Shown here: positions 23,301 to 38,700 of the stretch, piece by piece
Layout of the letters: the number at the start of each line of letters is the position of its first letter
Position numbering within the stretch: position 1 is the first letter of the stretch
Source: Eledone cirrhosa
Lineage: Eukaryota
DNA length: 64,000 nucleotides
Direction: 5' to 3'
Assembly (NCBI GenBank): GCA_964016885.1
Contig: OZ024742.1
Coordinates: forward strand, 367,846,001 to 367,910,000
Made by a program: the position numbers and the translations under genes
The notes under the pieces: generated by a model
Seen by the model: only the letters and a program-made list of their open reading frames with translations
What the model was told of the DNA's origin: nothing
The model's database searches: none

Positions 23301-26300
23301 ATCCTTTAAAACATCCATGGAACAAACTACCTGCATCAGTTGTTAGCTGTCGAGACACAGCACCCTTTAAAACCTCCATGGAACAAACTACCTGCATCAG
23401 TTGTTAGCTGTCGAGACACAGCACCCTTTAAAACCTCCATGGAACAAACTACCTGCATCAGTTGTTAGATCTCGAGACACTACATCCTTTAAAACATCCA
23501 TGGAACAAACTACCTGCATCAGTTGTTAGCTGTCGAGACACAGCACCCTTTAAAACCTCCATGGAACAAACTACCTGCATCAGTTGTTAGCTGTCGAGAA
23601 ACTACATCCTTTAAAACTTCCATGGAACAAACTACCTGCATCAGTTGTTAGCTGTCGAGACACAGCATCCTTTAAAACATCCATGGAACAAACTACCTGC
23701 ATCAGTTGTTAGCTGTCGAGACACAGCACCCTTTAAAACCTCCATGGAACAAACTACCTGCATCAGTTGTTAGCTGTCGAGAAACTACATCCTTTAAAAC
23801 ATCCATGGAACAAACTACCTGCATCAGTTGTTAGCTGTCGAGACACAGCACCCTTTAAAACCTCCATGGAACAAACTACCTGCATCAGTTGTTAGCTGTC
23901 GAGAAACTACATCCTTTAAAACATCCATGGAACAAACTACCTGCATCAGTTGTTAGCTGTCGAGACACAGCACCCTTTAAAACCTCCATGGAACAAACTA
24001 CCTGCATCAGTTGTTAGCTGTCGAGAAACTACATCCTTTAAAACCTCCATGGAACAAACTACCTGCATCAGTTGTTTTATGTCCAGATACAGCATTCTTT
24101 AAAACCTCCATGGAACAAACTACCTACTTGAGTTGTTAGCTGGCGAGAGACTGCATTCTTTAAAACCTCTACGGAACAGATTAACTTCATCAGTTGTTAG
24201 TTGCGATATATTGCATCCTTTATAACCTCCATGGAACAAACTACCTGCATCAGTTGTTAGTTGTCGAGACACAGCACCCTTTAAAACCTCCATGGAACAA
24301 ACTACCTGCATCAGTTCTTAGCTGTCGAGACACAGCACCCTTTAAAACCTCCATGGAACAAACTACCTGCATCAGTTGTTAGCTGTCGAGACACTACATC
24401 CTTTAAAACATCCATGGAACAAACTACCTGCATCAGTTGTTAGCTGTCGAGACACTGCATCCTTTAAATCCTCCATGGAACAAACTACCTGCATCAGTTG
24501 TTAGCTGTCGAGACACAGCACCCTTTAAAACCTCCATGGAACAAACTACCTGCATCAGTTGTTAGCTTTCGAGACACAGCATCCTTTAAATCCTCTTGGA
24601 ACAAACTACCTGCCTCAGTTATTAGCTGCCGAGACACTACATCCTTTAAGACCTCCATGGAACAAGCTACCTGCATCAATTGTTAGCTCTCGTGACACTA
24701 CATCCTTTAACACCTCGATGTAACAAACTATCTGCATCAGTTGTTAGATGCCGAGACACTGGACCCTTTAAAACCTCCATGGAACAAACTACCTGCATCA
24801 GTTGTTAGCTGCCGAGACACTGCATTCTTCAAATCCTCCATGGAACAAACTACCTTTATCAGTGGTGAACTGTCGAGAAACAGCATACTTTAAAACCCCA
24901 TGGAACAAGCTACCTGCATCAGTTGTTAGCTGCCGAGACACAGCATCCTTTAAAACCTCCATGGAACAAACTACCTGCATCAGTTGTTAGCTGTCGAGAC
25001 ACAGCACCCTTTTAAACCTCCATGGAACAAACTACCTGCATCAGTTATTAGCTGTCGAGACACAGCACCCTTTAAAACCTCCATGGAACAAACTACCTGC
25101 ATCAGTTGTTAGCTGCCGAGACACAGCATCCTTTAAAATCTCCATAGAACAAACTACCTGCATCAGTTGTTAGCTGTCGAGACACAGCACCCTTTAAAAC
25201 CTCCATGGAACAAACTACCTGCATCAGTTGTTAGCTGTCGAGACACGGCACCCTTTAAAACCTCCATGGAACAAACTACCTGCATCAGTTGTTAGCTGTC
25301 GAGACACAGCACCCTTTAAAACCTCCATGGAACAAACTACCTGCATCAGTTGTTAGCTGTCGAGACACAGCACCCTTTAAAACCTCCATGGAACAAACTA
25401 CTTGCATCAGTTGTTAGCTGTCGAGACACTACATCCTTTAAAACATCCATGGAACAAACTACCTGCATCAGTTGTTAGCTGTCGAGACACAGCATCCTTT
25501 AAAACCTCCATGGAACAAACTACCTGCATCAGTTGTTAGCTGTCGAGACACAGCACCCTTTAAAACATCCATGGAACAAACTAACTGCATCAGTTGTTAG
25601 CTGTCGAGACACTACATCCTTTAAAACATCTATGGAACAAACTACCTGCATCAGTTGTTAGCTGTCGAGACACAGCATCCTTTAAAACCTCCATGGAACA
25701 AACTACCTGCATCAGTTGTTAGCTGTCGAGACACAGCACCCTTTAAAACATCCATGGAACAAACTAACTGCATCAGTTGTTAGCTGTCGAGACACAGCAC
25801 CCTTTAAAACCTCCATGGAACAAACTACCTGCATCAGTTGTTAGCTGTCGAGACACAGCACCCTTTAAAACCTCCATGGAACAAACTACCTGCATCAGTT
25901 GTTAGATGTCGAGACACTACATCCTTTAAAACATCCATGGAACAAACTACCTGCATCAGTTGTTAGCTGTCGAGACACAGCACCCTTTAAAACCTCCATG
26001 GAACAAACTACCTGCATCAGTTGTTAGCTGTCGAGACACTACATCCTTTAAAACATCCATGGAACAAACTACCTGCATCAGTTGTTAGCTGTCGAGACAC
26101 AGCATCCTTTAAAACCTCCATGGAACAAACTACCTGCATCAGTTGTTTTATGTCCAGATACAGCATCCTTTAAAACCTCCATGGAACAAACTACCTGCAT
26201 CAGTTGTTAGCTGGCGAGAGACTGCATCCTTTAAAACCTCTACGGAACAGATTAACTTCATCAGTTGTTAGTTGCGATATATTGCATCCTTTAAAACCTC

Positions 26301-29300
26301 CATGGAACAAACTACCTGCATCAGTTGTTAGCTGCCGAGACACTACATTCTTTAAAACCTCCATGGAACAAACTAACTGCATCAATTGTTAACTGCCAAG
26401 ACACAGTATCCTTTAAAACCTCCATGGAACAAACTACCTGCATCAGTTGTTAGCTGTCGAGACACTGCATCCTTTAAAGCCTCCATGGAACAAACTACCT
26501 GCATCAGTTGTTAGCTGCCGAGACACTACATCCTTTAAAACCTCCATGGAACAAACTACCTGCATCAGTTCTTAGCTGTCGAGACACAGCATCCTTTAAA
26601 ACATCCATGGAACAAACTACTTGCATCAGTTATTAGCTGCCGAGACACTCCAACGTTTAAAATCTCCATGGAACAAACTTCCTGCATCAGTTGTTAGCTG
26701 CCGAGACACAGCATCCTTTAAACCCTCCATTGAACAAACTACTTGCATCAGTTATTAGCTCCCGAGAAACTACATCCTTTAAAACCTCCATGGAACAAAC
26801 TACCTGCATCAGTTGTTAGCTGTCGAGACACAGCACCCTTTTAAACCTCCATGGAACAAACTACCTGCATCAGTTATTAGCTGTCGAGACACAGCACCCT
26901 TTAAAACCTCCATGGAACAAACTACCTTTATCAGTGGTGAACTGTCGAGAAACAGCATACTTTAAAACCCCACGGAACAAGCTACCTGCATCAGTTGTTA
27001 GCTACCGAGACACAGCATCCTTTAAACCGTCCGTGGAACAAACTACCTGCATCAGTTATTAGCTCCCGCGACAGTACATCCTTTAAAACCTCCATGGAAC
27101 AAACTACCTGCATCAGTTGTTAGCTGCCGAGACAGAGCATCATTTAAAAGCTCCATGGAACAAACTACCTGCATCAGTTGTTAGCTGTCGAGACACAGCA
27201 CCCTTTAACACCTCGATGTAACAAACTATCTGCATCAGTTGTCAGATGCCGAGACACTGGACCCTTTAAAACCTCCATGGAACAAACTACCTGCATCAGT
27301 TGTTAGCTGCCGAGACACTGCATCCTTTAAAACCTCGATGTAACAAACTATCTGCATCAGTTGTTAGATGCCGAGACACTGGACCCTTTAAAACCTCCAT
27401 GGAACAAACTACCTGCATCAGTTGTTAGCTGCCGAGACACTGCATCCTTTAAAACCTCCATGGAACAAACTACCTGCATCATTTCTTTTATGTCCAGATA
27501 CAGCATCCTTTAAAACCTCCATGGAACAAACTACCTGCATCAGTTGTTAGCTGTCGAGAGACTGCATCCTTTAAAACCTCTACGGAACAGATTAACTTCA
27601 TCAGTTGTTAGTTGCGATATATTGCATCCTTTAAAACCTCCATGGAACAAACTACCTGCATCAGTTGTTAGCTGCCCAGACACTACATCCTTTAAAACCT
27701 CCATGGAACAAACTATCTGCATCAGTTGTTAGCTGTCGAGACACAGCACCCTTTAAAACCTCCATGGAACAAACTACCTGCATCAGTTGTTAGCTGCCGA
27801 GACACAGCACCCTTTAAAACCTCCATGGAACAAACTACCTGCATCAGTTGTTAGCTGTCGAGACACAGCACCCTTTAAAACCTCCATGGAACAAACTACC
27901 TGCATCAGTTGTTAGCTGTCGAGACACAGCACCCTTTAAAACCTCCATGGAACAAACTACCTGCATCAGTTGTTAGCTGTCGAGACACAGCACCCTTTAA
28001 AACCTCCATGGAACAAACTACCTGCATCAGTTGTTAGCTGTCGAGACACAGCACCCTTTAAAACCTCCATGGAACAAACTACCTGCATCAGTTGTTAGCT
28101 GTCGAGACACTACATCCTTTAAAACATCCATGGAACAAACTACCTGCATCAGTTGTTAGCTGTCGAGACACAGCATCCTTTAAAACCTCCATGGAACAAA
28201 CTACCTGCATCAGTTGTTAGCTGTCGAGACACAGCACCCTTTAAAACATCCATGGAACAAACTAACTGCATCAGTTGTTAGCTGTCGAGACACTACATCC
28301 TTTAAAACATCCATGGAACAAACTACCTGCATCAGTTGTTAGCTGTCGAGACACAGCATCCTTTAAAACCTCCATGGAAAAAACTACCTGCATCAGTTGT
28401 TAGCTGTCCAGACACTACATCCTTTAAAACCTCCATGGAACAAACTATCTGCATCAGTTGTTAGCTGTCGAGACACTGCATCCTTTAAAGCCTCCATGGA
28501 ACAAACTACCTGCATCAGTTGTTAGCTGCCGAGACACTACATCCTTTAAAACCTCCATGGAACAAACTAACTGCATCAGTTGTTAGCTGCCGAGACACTA
28601 CATCCTTTAAAACCTCCATGGAACAAACTACCTGCATCAGTTGTTAGCTGTCGAGACACTGCATCCTTTAAAGCCTCCATGGAACAAACTACCTGCATCA
28701 GTTGTTAGCTGCCGAGACACAGCATCCTTTAAACCCTCCATGGAACAAACTACTTGCATCAGTTGTTAGCTGTCGAGACACAGCATCCTTTAAACCCCCC
28801 ATGGAACAAACTACCTGCATCAGTTATTCGCTCCCGAGACACTACATCCTTTAAAACTTCCATGGAACAAACTACCTGCATCAGTTGTTAGCTGTCGAGA
28901 CACTGCACCCTTTAAAATCTCCATGTAACAAACGACCTGCACCAGTTGTTAGATGTCCAGATACAGCATCCTTTAAAACATCCATGGAACAAACTAGCTG
29001 CATCAGTTGTTAGCTATTGAGAAACTACATCCTTTAACACCTAGATGGAACAAACTACCAGCATCAGTTGTTAGCTGCCGAGACACTACAACCTTTAAAA
29101 CCTCCATGAAACAACTACCTGCATCAGTTGTTAGCTGCCGAGACACAGCATCCTTTAAAACCTCTATGGAACAAACTACCTGCATCAGTTGTTAGCTGCC
29201 GAGACACTACATCCTTTAAAACCTCCATGAAACAAACTACCTGCAACAGTTGTTAGCTGCCGAGACACAGCATCCTTTAAAACCTCTATGGAACAAACTA

Positions 29301-32300
29301 CCTGCATCAGTTGTTAGCTGCCGAGACACTATATCCTTTAAAACCTCCATGAAACAAACTACCTACATCAGTTGTTAGCTGCCGAGACACTGCATCCTTT
29401 AAAACCTCCATGAAACAAACTACCTGCACCAGTTGTTAGCTTCCGAGACACAGCATACTTTAAAACCTCCATGGAACAAACTAACTGCAGCAGTTGTTAG
29501 CTGCCGAGCCACTACATCCTTTAAAACTGCCATGGAACAAACTACCTGCATCAGTTGTTAGCTGTCGAGTCACAGCATCCTTTAAAACCTCTATGGAACA
29601 AACTAGCTGCATCACTTGTTAGCTGTCGAGACACTGCATCCTTTAACACCTCGATGGAACAAACTACCTGCATCAGTTGTTTGATGTCCAGATACAGCAT
29701 CCTTTAAAACCTCTACGGAACAGATTAACTTCATCAGTTGTTAGTTGCGATATATTGCATCCTTTAAAACCTCCATGGAACAAACTACCTGCATCAGTTC
29801 TTAGCTGCCGAGACACTACATCCTTTAAAACCTCCATGGAACAAACTACCTCTATCAGTTGTTAGCTGCCGAGACACTACATCCTTTAAAACCTCCCTGA
29901 AACGAACTACCTGCATATGTTGTTAGCTGTCGAGACACTGCACCCTTTAAAACATCCATGGAACAAACTACCTGCATCAGTTGTTAGCTGTCGAGACACT
30001 GCATCCTTTAAAACCTCCATGGAATAAACTAAATTCATCGGTTGTTAACTGTCGAGACACTGCATCGTTTAAAACCTCCATGGAACAAACTACCTGCATC
30101 AGTTGTTATCTACCGAGTCACAGTATCCTTTAAAACCTCCATGAAACAAACTACCTGCATCAGTTGTTAGCTGTCGAGACACAGCATCATTTAAACCCTC
30201 CATGGAACAAACTACCTCTATCAGTTGTTAGCTGCCGAGACACTACATCCTTTAAAACCTCCATGGAACAAACTACCTCTATCAGTTGTTAGCTGCCGAG
30301 ACACTACATCCTTTAAAACCTCCCTGAAACAAACTAAATGCATCAGTTATTAGCTGCCGAGACACTACATCCTTTAAAACCTCCATGGAACAAACTAGCT
30401 GCATCAGTTGTTACCTGCCAAGACACTGCATCCTTTAAAACCTCCATGGAACAAACTACCTGCATCAGTTGTTAGCTGTCGAGACACTGCATCCTTTAAA
30501 ACCGCCATGGAACAAACTTCCTGCATCAGTTGTTAGATGTCGAGACACAGCATCCTTTAAAACCTCTATGGAACAAATTAACTGCATCGGTTGTTAGTTG
30601 CGATACACTGCATCCTTTAAATCCTCCATGGAACAAACTACTTGCATCAGATGTTAGCTGCCGAGACACAGCATCCTTTAAAACCTCTTTGGAACAAACT
30701 AGCTGCATCAGTTGTTAGCTGTCGAGACACTACTTCCTTTAACACCTCGATGGAACAAACTACCTGCATCAGTTGTTTGATGTCCAGATACAGCATCCTT
30801 TAAATCCTCTACGGAACAGATTAACTTCATCAGTTGTTAGTTGCGATATATTGCATCCTTTAAAACCTCCATGGAAGAAACTACCTGCATCAGTTGTTAG
30901 CTGCCGAGACACAGTGTCCTTTAAAACCTCCATGAAACAAACTAACTGCATCAGTTGTTAGCTGACGAGACATAGCATCCTTTAAACCCTCCATGGAACA
31001 AACTACTTGCATCAGTTGTTAGCTGTCGAGACACAGCATCCTTTAAACCCTCCATAGAACAAACTACCTGCATCAGTTATTAGATGCCGAGACACTACAT
31101 CCTTTAAAACTTCCATGGAACAAACTACATGCATCAGTTGTTAGCTGTCGAGACACTACTACCTTTAACACCTCGATGGAACAAACTACCTGCATCAGTT
31201 GTTAGCTGTCGTGACACTGCACCCTTTAAAACCTCCTTGGAACAAACTACCTGCACCAGTTGTTAGATGTCCAGATACAGCATCCTTTAAAACCTCCATG
31301 GAACAAACTAGCTGCACCAGTTGTTAGCTATTGAGAAACTACATCCTTTAACACCTAGATGGAACAAACTACCTGCATCAGTTGTTAGCTGCCGAGAAAC
31401 TGCATCCTTTAAAACCTCCATGGAACAAACTACCTCCATCAGTTGTTAGCTGCCGAGACACTACATCCTTTAAAACCTCCCTGAAACAAACTACATGCAT
31501 CAGTTATTAGCTGTCGAGACACTACCTCCTTTAAAACCTCCATGGAACAAACTACCTGCATCAGTTGTTACCTGCCAAGACACTGCATCCTTTAAAATCT
31601 CCATGAAACAAACTACCTGCATCAGTTGTTAGCTGTCGAGACACTGCATCCTTTAAAACCGCCATGGAACAAACTACTGCATCAGTTGTTTGATGTCCAG
31701 CTACAGCATCCTTTAAAACCTCTACGGAACAGATTAACTTCAGCAGTTGTTAGTTGCGATATATTGCATCCTTTAAAACCTCCATGGAACAAACTACCTG
31801 CATCAGTTGTTAGCTGCCGAGACACAGTGTCCTTTAAAACCTCCATGAAACAAACTAACTGCATCAGTTGTTAGCTGCCGAGACACAGCATCCTTTAAAC
31901 CCCCCATGGAACAAAATACTTGCATCAGTTGTCAGCTGTCGAGACACTACATCCTTTAAAACTTCCATGGAACAAACTACCTCCATCAGTTGTTAGCTGT
32001 CGAGACACAGCATCCTTTAAACCCTCCATAGAACAAACTACCTGCATCAGTTATTAGCTGCCGAGACACTACATCCTTTAATACTTCCATGGAACAAACT
32101 ACCTGCATCAGTTGTTAGCTGTCGAGACACTACTACCTTTAACACCTCGATGGAACAAACTACCTGCATCAGTTGTTAGCTGTCGAGACACTGCACCCTT
32201 TAAAACATCCATGGAACAAACTACCTGCATCAGTTGTTAGCTGTCGAGACACTGCACCCTTTAAAACCTCCTTGGAACAAACTACCTGCACCAGTTGTTA

Positions 32301-35300
32301 GCTATTGAGAAACTACATCATTTAACACCTAGATGGAACAAACTACCTGCATCAGTCGTTAGCTGCCGAGAAACTACATCCTTTCAAACCTCCATGAAAC
32401 AAACTACCTGCATCAGTTGTTAGCTGCCAAGACACAGCATCCTTTAAAACCTCTATGGAACAAACTACCTGCATCAGTTGTTAGCTGTCGAGACACTGCA
32501 TCCTTTAAAACCTCCATGGAACAAACTAAATTCATCGGTTGTTAACTGTCGAGACACTGCATCCTGTAAACCTCCATGGAATAAACTTCCTGCATCAGTT
32601 GTAAGCTGCCGACACACAGCATCGTTTAAAACCTCCATGGAACAAACTACCTCCATCAGTTGTTAGCTGCCAAGTCACAGTATCCTTTAAAACCTCCATG
32701 AAACAAACTACCTGCATCAGTTGTTAGCTGTCGAGACACTGCACCCTTTTAAACCTACATGGAACAAAATACCTGCATCAGTTGTTAGCTGCCGAGACAC
32801 AGCATCGTTTAAACCCTCCATGGAACAAACTACCTGCATCAGTAGTTAGATGCCGAGACACTACATCCTTTAAAACCTCCCTGAAACAAACTACATGCAT
32901 CAGTTGTTAGCTGTCGAGACACAACATCCTTTAAAACGGCCATGGAACAAACTACCTGCATCAGTTGTTAGCTGTCGAGACACAACATCCTTTAAAACCT
33001 CTATGGAACAGATTAACTGCATCGTTTGTTAGTTGCGATACACTGCATCCTTTAAATCCTCCATGGAACAAACTACTTGCAGCAGATGTTAGCTGCCGAG
33101 ACCCAGCATCCTTTAAAACCTCTTTGGAACAAACTCGCTGCATCAGTTGTTAGCTGTCGAGACACTACTTCCTTTAACACCTCGATGGAACAAACTACCT
33201 GCATCAGTTGTTTGATGTCCAGATACAGCATCCTTTAAAACCTCTACGGAACAGATTAACTTCATCAGTTGTTAGTTGCGATATATTGCAATCCTTAAAA
33301 CCTCCATGCAACAAACTATCTGCATCAGTTGTTAGCTGCCGAGACACTACATGCTTTAAAACCTCCATGGAACAATCTACCTCCATCAGTTATTAGCTGC
33401 CGAGACACTACATCATTTAAAACCTCCATGGAACAAACTACCTGCATCAGTTGTTAGCTGTCGAGACACTGCATCATTTAAAACCGCCATGGAACAAACT
33501 ACCTGCATCAGTTGTTAGATGTCGAGACACAGCATCCTTTAAAACCTCTATGGAACAAATTAACTACATCGGTTGTTAGTTGCGATAAAGTGCATCCTTT
33601 AAATCCTCCATGGAACAAACTACCTTCAACAGTTGTTAGCTGTCGAGACACTACATCCTTTAACACCTCGATGGAACAAACTACCTGCATCAGTTGTTAG
33701 CTGTCGAGACACTACATCCTTTAAAACCTCCGTGGAACAAACTACCTGCATCAGTTGTTAGCTGCCGAGACACGACTTCCTTTAAAACCTCCATTAAACA
33801 AACTACCTGCATCAGTTGTTAGCTGCCGAGACACTACATCCTTTACAAACCTCCATGGAATATACTACCTGCATCAGTTGTTAGCTGCCGAGACACTACA
33901 TCCTTTAAAACCTCCATGGTAGAAACTACCTGCATCAGTTGTTAGCTGCCGAGACACTACATCCTTTAAAACCTCCATGAAACAAACTACCTGCATCAGT
34001 TGTTAGCTGCCGAGACACAGCATCCTTTAAAGCCTCCATGAAACAAACTACCTTCATCAGTTGTTAGCTGTCGAAACACTAGCCCTCGAGACACAGCATC
34101 CTTTAAAACCTCCATGGAACAAACTAGCTGCATCAGTTGTTAGCTGTCGAGAGACTGCATCCTTTAAAACCTCTACGGAACAGATTAACTTCATCAGTTG
34201 TTAGTTGCGATGTATTGCATCCTTTAAAACCTCCATGGAACAAACTGACTGCATCAGTTGTTAGCTGCCGAGCCACTACATTCTTTAAAACCTCCATGGA
34301 ACAAACTAACAGCATCAGTTGTTAGCTGCCGAGACACTACATTCTTTAAAACCTCCATGGATCAAACTAACTGCATCAGTTGTTAGATGTCGAGACACTG
34401 CATCCTGTAAACCTCCATGGAATAAACTTCTTACATCAGTTGTTAGCTGCCGAGACACTGCATCCTTTAAACCCTCCATGGAACAAACTACCTGCATCAC
34501 TTGTTAGCTGCCGAGACACAGTATCCTTTAAAACCTCCATGGAACAAACTACCTGCATCAGTTATTAGCTGCCGAGACACTACATCCTTTAAAACCTCTA
34601 TGGAACAAACTAGCTGCATCAGTTGTTAGCTGTCGAGACACTTCTACCTTTAACACCTCGATGGAAGAAACTACCTGCATCAGTTGTTAGCTGTCGAGAA
34701 ACTGCACCCTTTAAAACCTCCATGGAAGAAACTAGCTATATCAGGTGTTAGCTGTCGCGACACTACATCCTTTAACACTTCGATGGAACAAACTACCTGC
34801 ATCAGTTGTTAGCTGTCGAGACACTGCATCCTTTAAAACCTCCATGGGACAAACTACCTGCATCAGTTGTTTTATGTCCAGATACAGCATCGTTTAAAAC
34901 CTCCAGGGAACAAACTACCGGCATCAGTTGTTAGCTGTCGAGAGACTGCATCCTTTAAAACCTCTACGGAACAGATTAACTTCATCAGTTGTTAGTTGCG
35001 ATATATTGCATCCATTAAAACCTCCATGGAACAAACTACCTGCATAAGAACTTAGCTACCGATACACTGCATCCTTAAAAACCTCCATGGAACAAACTAT
35101 TTGCATCAGTTCTTAGCTACCGAGACACTACATTCTTTAAAACCTCCATGGAACAAACTAACTGCATCAGTTGTTAACTGTCGAGACACTGCATCGTTTA
35201 AAACCTCCATGGAACAAACTACCTACATCAGTTGTTAACTGCCGAGACACTACATCCTTTAAAACCTCCATGAAACAAACTACCTGCATCAGTTGTTAGC

Positions 35301-35716
35301 TGCCGTGACACAGCATCCTTTAAAGCCTCCATGGAACAAACTACCTGCATCAGTTGTTAGCTGTCGAGACACTAGCCGTCGAGACACAGCATCCTTTAAA
35401 ACCTCCATGGAACAAACTACCTGCATCAGTTGTTAGCTGTCGAGACACTGCATCCTTTAAAACCTCCATGGAAAAAACTACCTGCATCAGTTGTTAGCTG
35501 CCGAGACACTACTTCCGTTAAAACTTCCATTAAACAAACTACCTGCATCAGTTGTTAGCTGCCGAGACACTACATCCTTTACGAACCTCCATGGAACATA
35601 CTACCTGCATCAGTTGTTAGCTGCCGAGACACTACATCCTTTAAAACCTCCATGAAACAAACTACCTGCATCAATTGTAAGCTGTCGAGACACTGCACAC
35701 TTTAAAACCTCCATGG
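14258..35716 (+). repeat. Tandem satellite B, 61-bp monomer, first forward block
   Basis: Consensus GGAACAAACTACCTGCATCAGTTGTTAGCTG(T/C)CGAGACAC(T/A)(G/A)CATCCTTTAAAACCTCCAT repeated with period 61. Confidence 0.99.
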
Positions 35717-38700
35717 TTTTAAACTGATGCAGGTAGTTTGTTCCATGGAGGTTTTAAAGGATGCAATATATCGCAACTAACAACTGATGAAGTTAATCTG
35801 TTCCGTAGAGGATTTAAAGGATGCAGTCTCTCGACAGCTAACAACTGTTGCATGGAGTTTTTTCCATGGAGGTTTTAAAGGAAGCTGTATCTGGACATAA
35901 AACAACTGATGCAGGTAGTTTGTTCCATGGAGGTTTTAAAGGGTGGAGTGTCTCGACAGCTAACAACTGAGGCAGGTAGTTTGTTCCATGGAGGTTTTAA
36001 AGGATGCTGTGTCTCTGCAGATAACAACTGATGCAGGTAGTTTGTTCCATCGATGCTTTAAAGGATGCTGTGTCTCGGCAGCTAACAACTGATGCAGGTA
36101 GTTTGTTTCATGGAGGTTTTAAAGGATGTAGTGTCTCGACAGCTAACAACTGATGCGGGTAGTTTGTTCCATGGAGGTTTTAAAGTGTGCAGTGTCTCGA
36201 CAGCTTACAACTGATGCAGGTAGTTTGTTCCATCAAGGTGTTAAAGGATGAAGTGTGTCGACAGCTAACAACTGATGCAGCTAGTTTGTTCCATGGAGGT
36301 TTTAAAGGATGCTGTGTATCGACGGCTAGTGTCTCGACAGCTAACAACTGATGCAGGTAGTTTGTTCCATGGAGGCTTTAAAGGATGCTGTGTCTCGGCA
36401 GCTAACAACTGATGCAGGTAGTTTGTTTCATGGAGGTTTTAAAGGATGTAGTGTCTCGGCAGCTAACAACTGATGCAGGTAGTTTGTTCCATGGAGGTTT
36501 TAAAGGATGTAGTGTCTTGGCAGCTAACAACTGATGCAGGTAGTATGTTTCATGGAGGTTTGTAAAGGATGTAGTGTCTCGGCAGCTAAGACCTGATGCA
36601 GGTAGTTTGTTTAATGGAGGTTTTAACGGAAGTAGTGTCTCGGAAGCTAACAACTGATGCAGGTAGTTTGTTCCATGGAGGTTTTAAAGAATTCTGTGTC
36701 TCGGCAGCTAAAAACGGATGCAGGTAGTTTGTTCCATGGAGGTTTTAAAGGATGCTGTGTCTCGGTAGCTAACAACTGATGTAGGAAGTTTATTCGATGG
36801 AGGTTTACAGGATGCAGTGTCTCGACAGATAACAACTGATGCGGGTAGTTTGTTCCATGGAGGCTTTAAAGGATGCAGTGTCTCGAAGCTATCAGCTGAT
36901 GCAGGTAGTTTGTTCCATGGAGGTTTTAAAGGATGTAGTGTCTCGGCAGCTAATAACTAATGCAGGTAGTTTGTTCCATGGAGGCTTTACAGGATGCATT
37001 GTCTCGACAGCTAACAACTGATGCAGGTAGTTTGTTTCATGGATGTTTTAAAGGCTATAGTGTCTCGACAGCTAACAACTGATGCAGGTAGTTTGTTTCA
37101 TGGAGGTTTTAAAGGATATAGTGTCTCGGCAGCTACCAACTGATGCAGTTAGTTTGTTCCATGGAGGTTTTAAAGAATGTAGTGTCTCGGCAGCTAACAA
37201 CTGATGCAGGTAGTTTGTTCCATGGAGGTTTTAAAGGATGCAGTGTATCGGTAGCTAAGAACTGATGCAAGTAGTTTGTTCCATGGAGGTTTTAAAGGAT
37301 GCAATATATCGCAACTAACAACTGATGAAGTTAATCTGTTCCGTAGAGGTTTTAAAGGATGCAGTCTCTCGACAGCTAACAACTGATGCAGGTAGTTTGT
37401 TCCATGGAGGGTTTAAAGGATTCTGCGTCTCGGTAGCTAACAACTGATGCAGGTAGTTTGTTCCATGGAGGCATTAAAGGATGCAGTGTCTCGACAGCTA
37501 ACAACTGATGCAGGTAGTTTGTTCCATCGAGGTGTTAAAGGATGCAGTGTATCGACAGCTAACAACTGATGCAGGTAGTTTGTTCCATGGAGGTTTTAAA
37601 GTGTGCAGTGTCTCGACAGCTTACAATTGATGCAGGTAGTTTGTTTCATGGAGGTTTTAAAGGATGTAGTGTCTCGGCAGCTAACAACTGATGCAGGTAG
37701 TATGTTCCATGGAGGTTCGTAAAGGATGTAGTGTCTCGGCAGCTAACAACTGATGCAGGTAGTTTGTTTAATGGAAGTTTTAACGGAAGTAGTGTCTCGG
37801 CAGCTAACAACTGATGCAGGTAGTTTTTTCCATGGAGGTTTTAAAGGATGCAGTGTCTCGACAGCTAACAACTGATGCAGCTAGTTTCTTCCATCGAGGT
37901 TTTAAAGGATGCTGTGTCTCGACAGCTAACAACTGATGCAGGTAGTTTGTTCCATGGAGGTTTTAAAGGATGCTGTGTCTCTGCAGATAAAAACTGATGC
38001 AGGTAGTTTGTTCCATGGAGGCTTTAAAGGATGCAGTGTCTCGACAGCTAACAACTGATGCAGGTAGTTTGTTCCATGGAGGCTTTAAAGGATGCAGTGT
38101 ATCGACAGCTAACAACTGATGCAGGTAGTTTGTTCCATGGAGGTTTTAAAGTGTGCAGTGTCTCGACAGCTTACAATTGATGCAGGTAGTTTGTTTCATG
38201 GAGGTTTTAAAGGATGTAGTGTCTCGGCAGCTAACAACTGATGCAGGTAGTATGTTCCATGGAGGTTCGTAAAGGATGTAGTGTCTCGGCAGCTAACAAC
38301 TGATGCAGGCAGTTTGTTTAATGGAAGTTTTAACGGAAGTAGTGTCTCGGCAGCTAACAACTGATGCAGGTAGTTTTTTCCATGGAGGTTTTAAAGGTTG
38401 CAGTGTCTCGACAGCTAACAACTGATGCAGGTAGTTTGTTCCATGGAGGTTTTAAAGGATGCTGTGTCTCGACGGCTAGTGTCTCGACAGCTAACAACTG
38501 ATGCAGGTAGTTTGTTCCATGGAGGCTTTAAAGGATGCTGTGTCACGGCAGCTAACAACTGATGCAGGTAGTTTGTTTCATGGAGGTTTTAAAGGATGTA
38601 GTGTCTCGGCAGCTAACAACTGATGCAGGTAGTATGTTCCATGGAGGTTTGTAAAGGATGTAGTGATTCGGCAGCTAACAACTGATGTAGGTAGTTTGTT

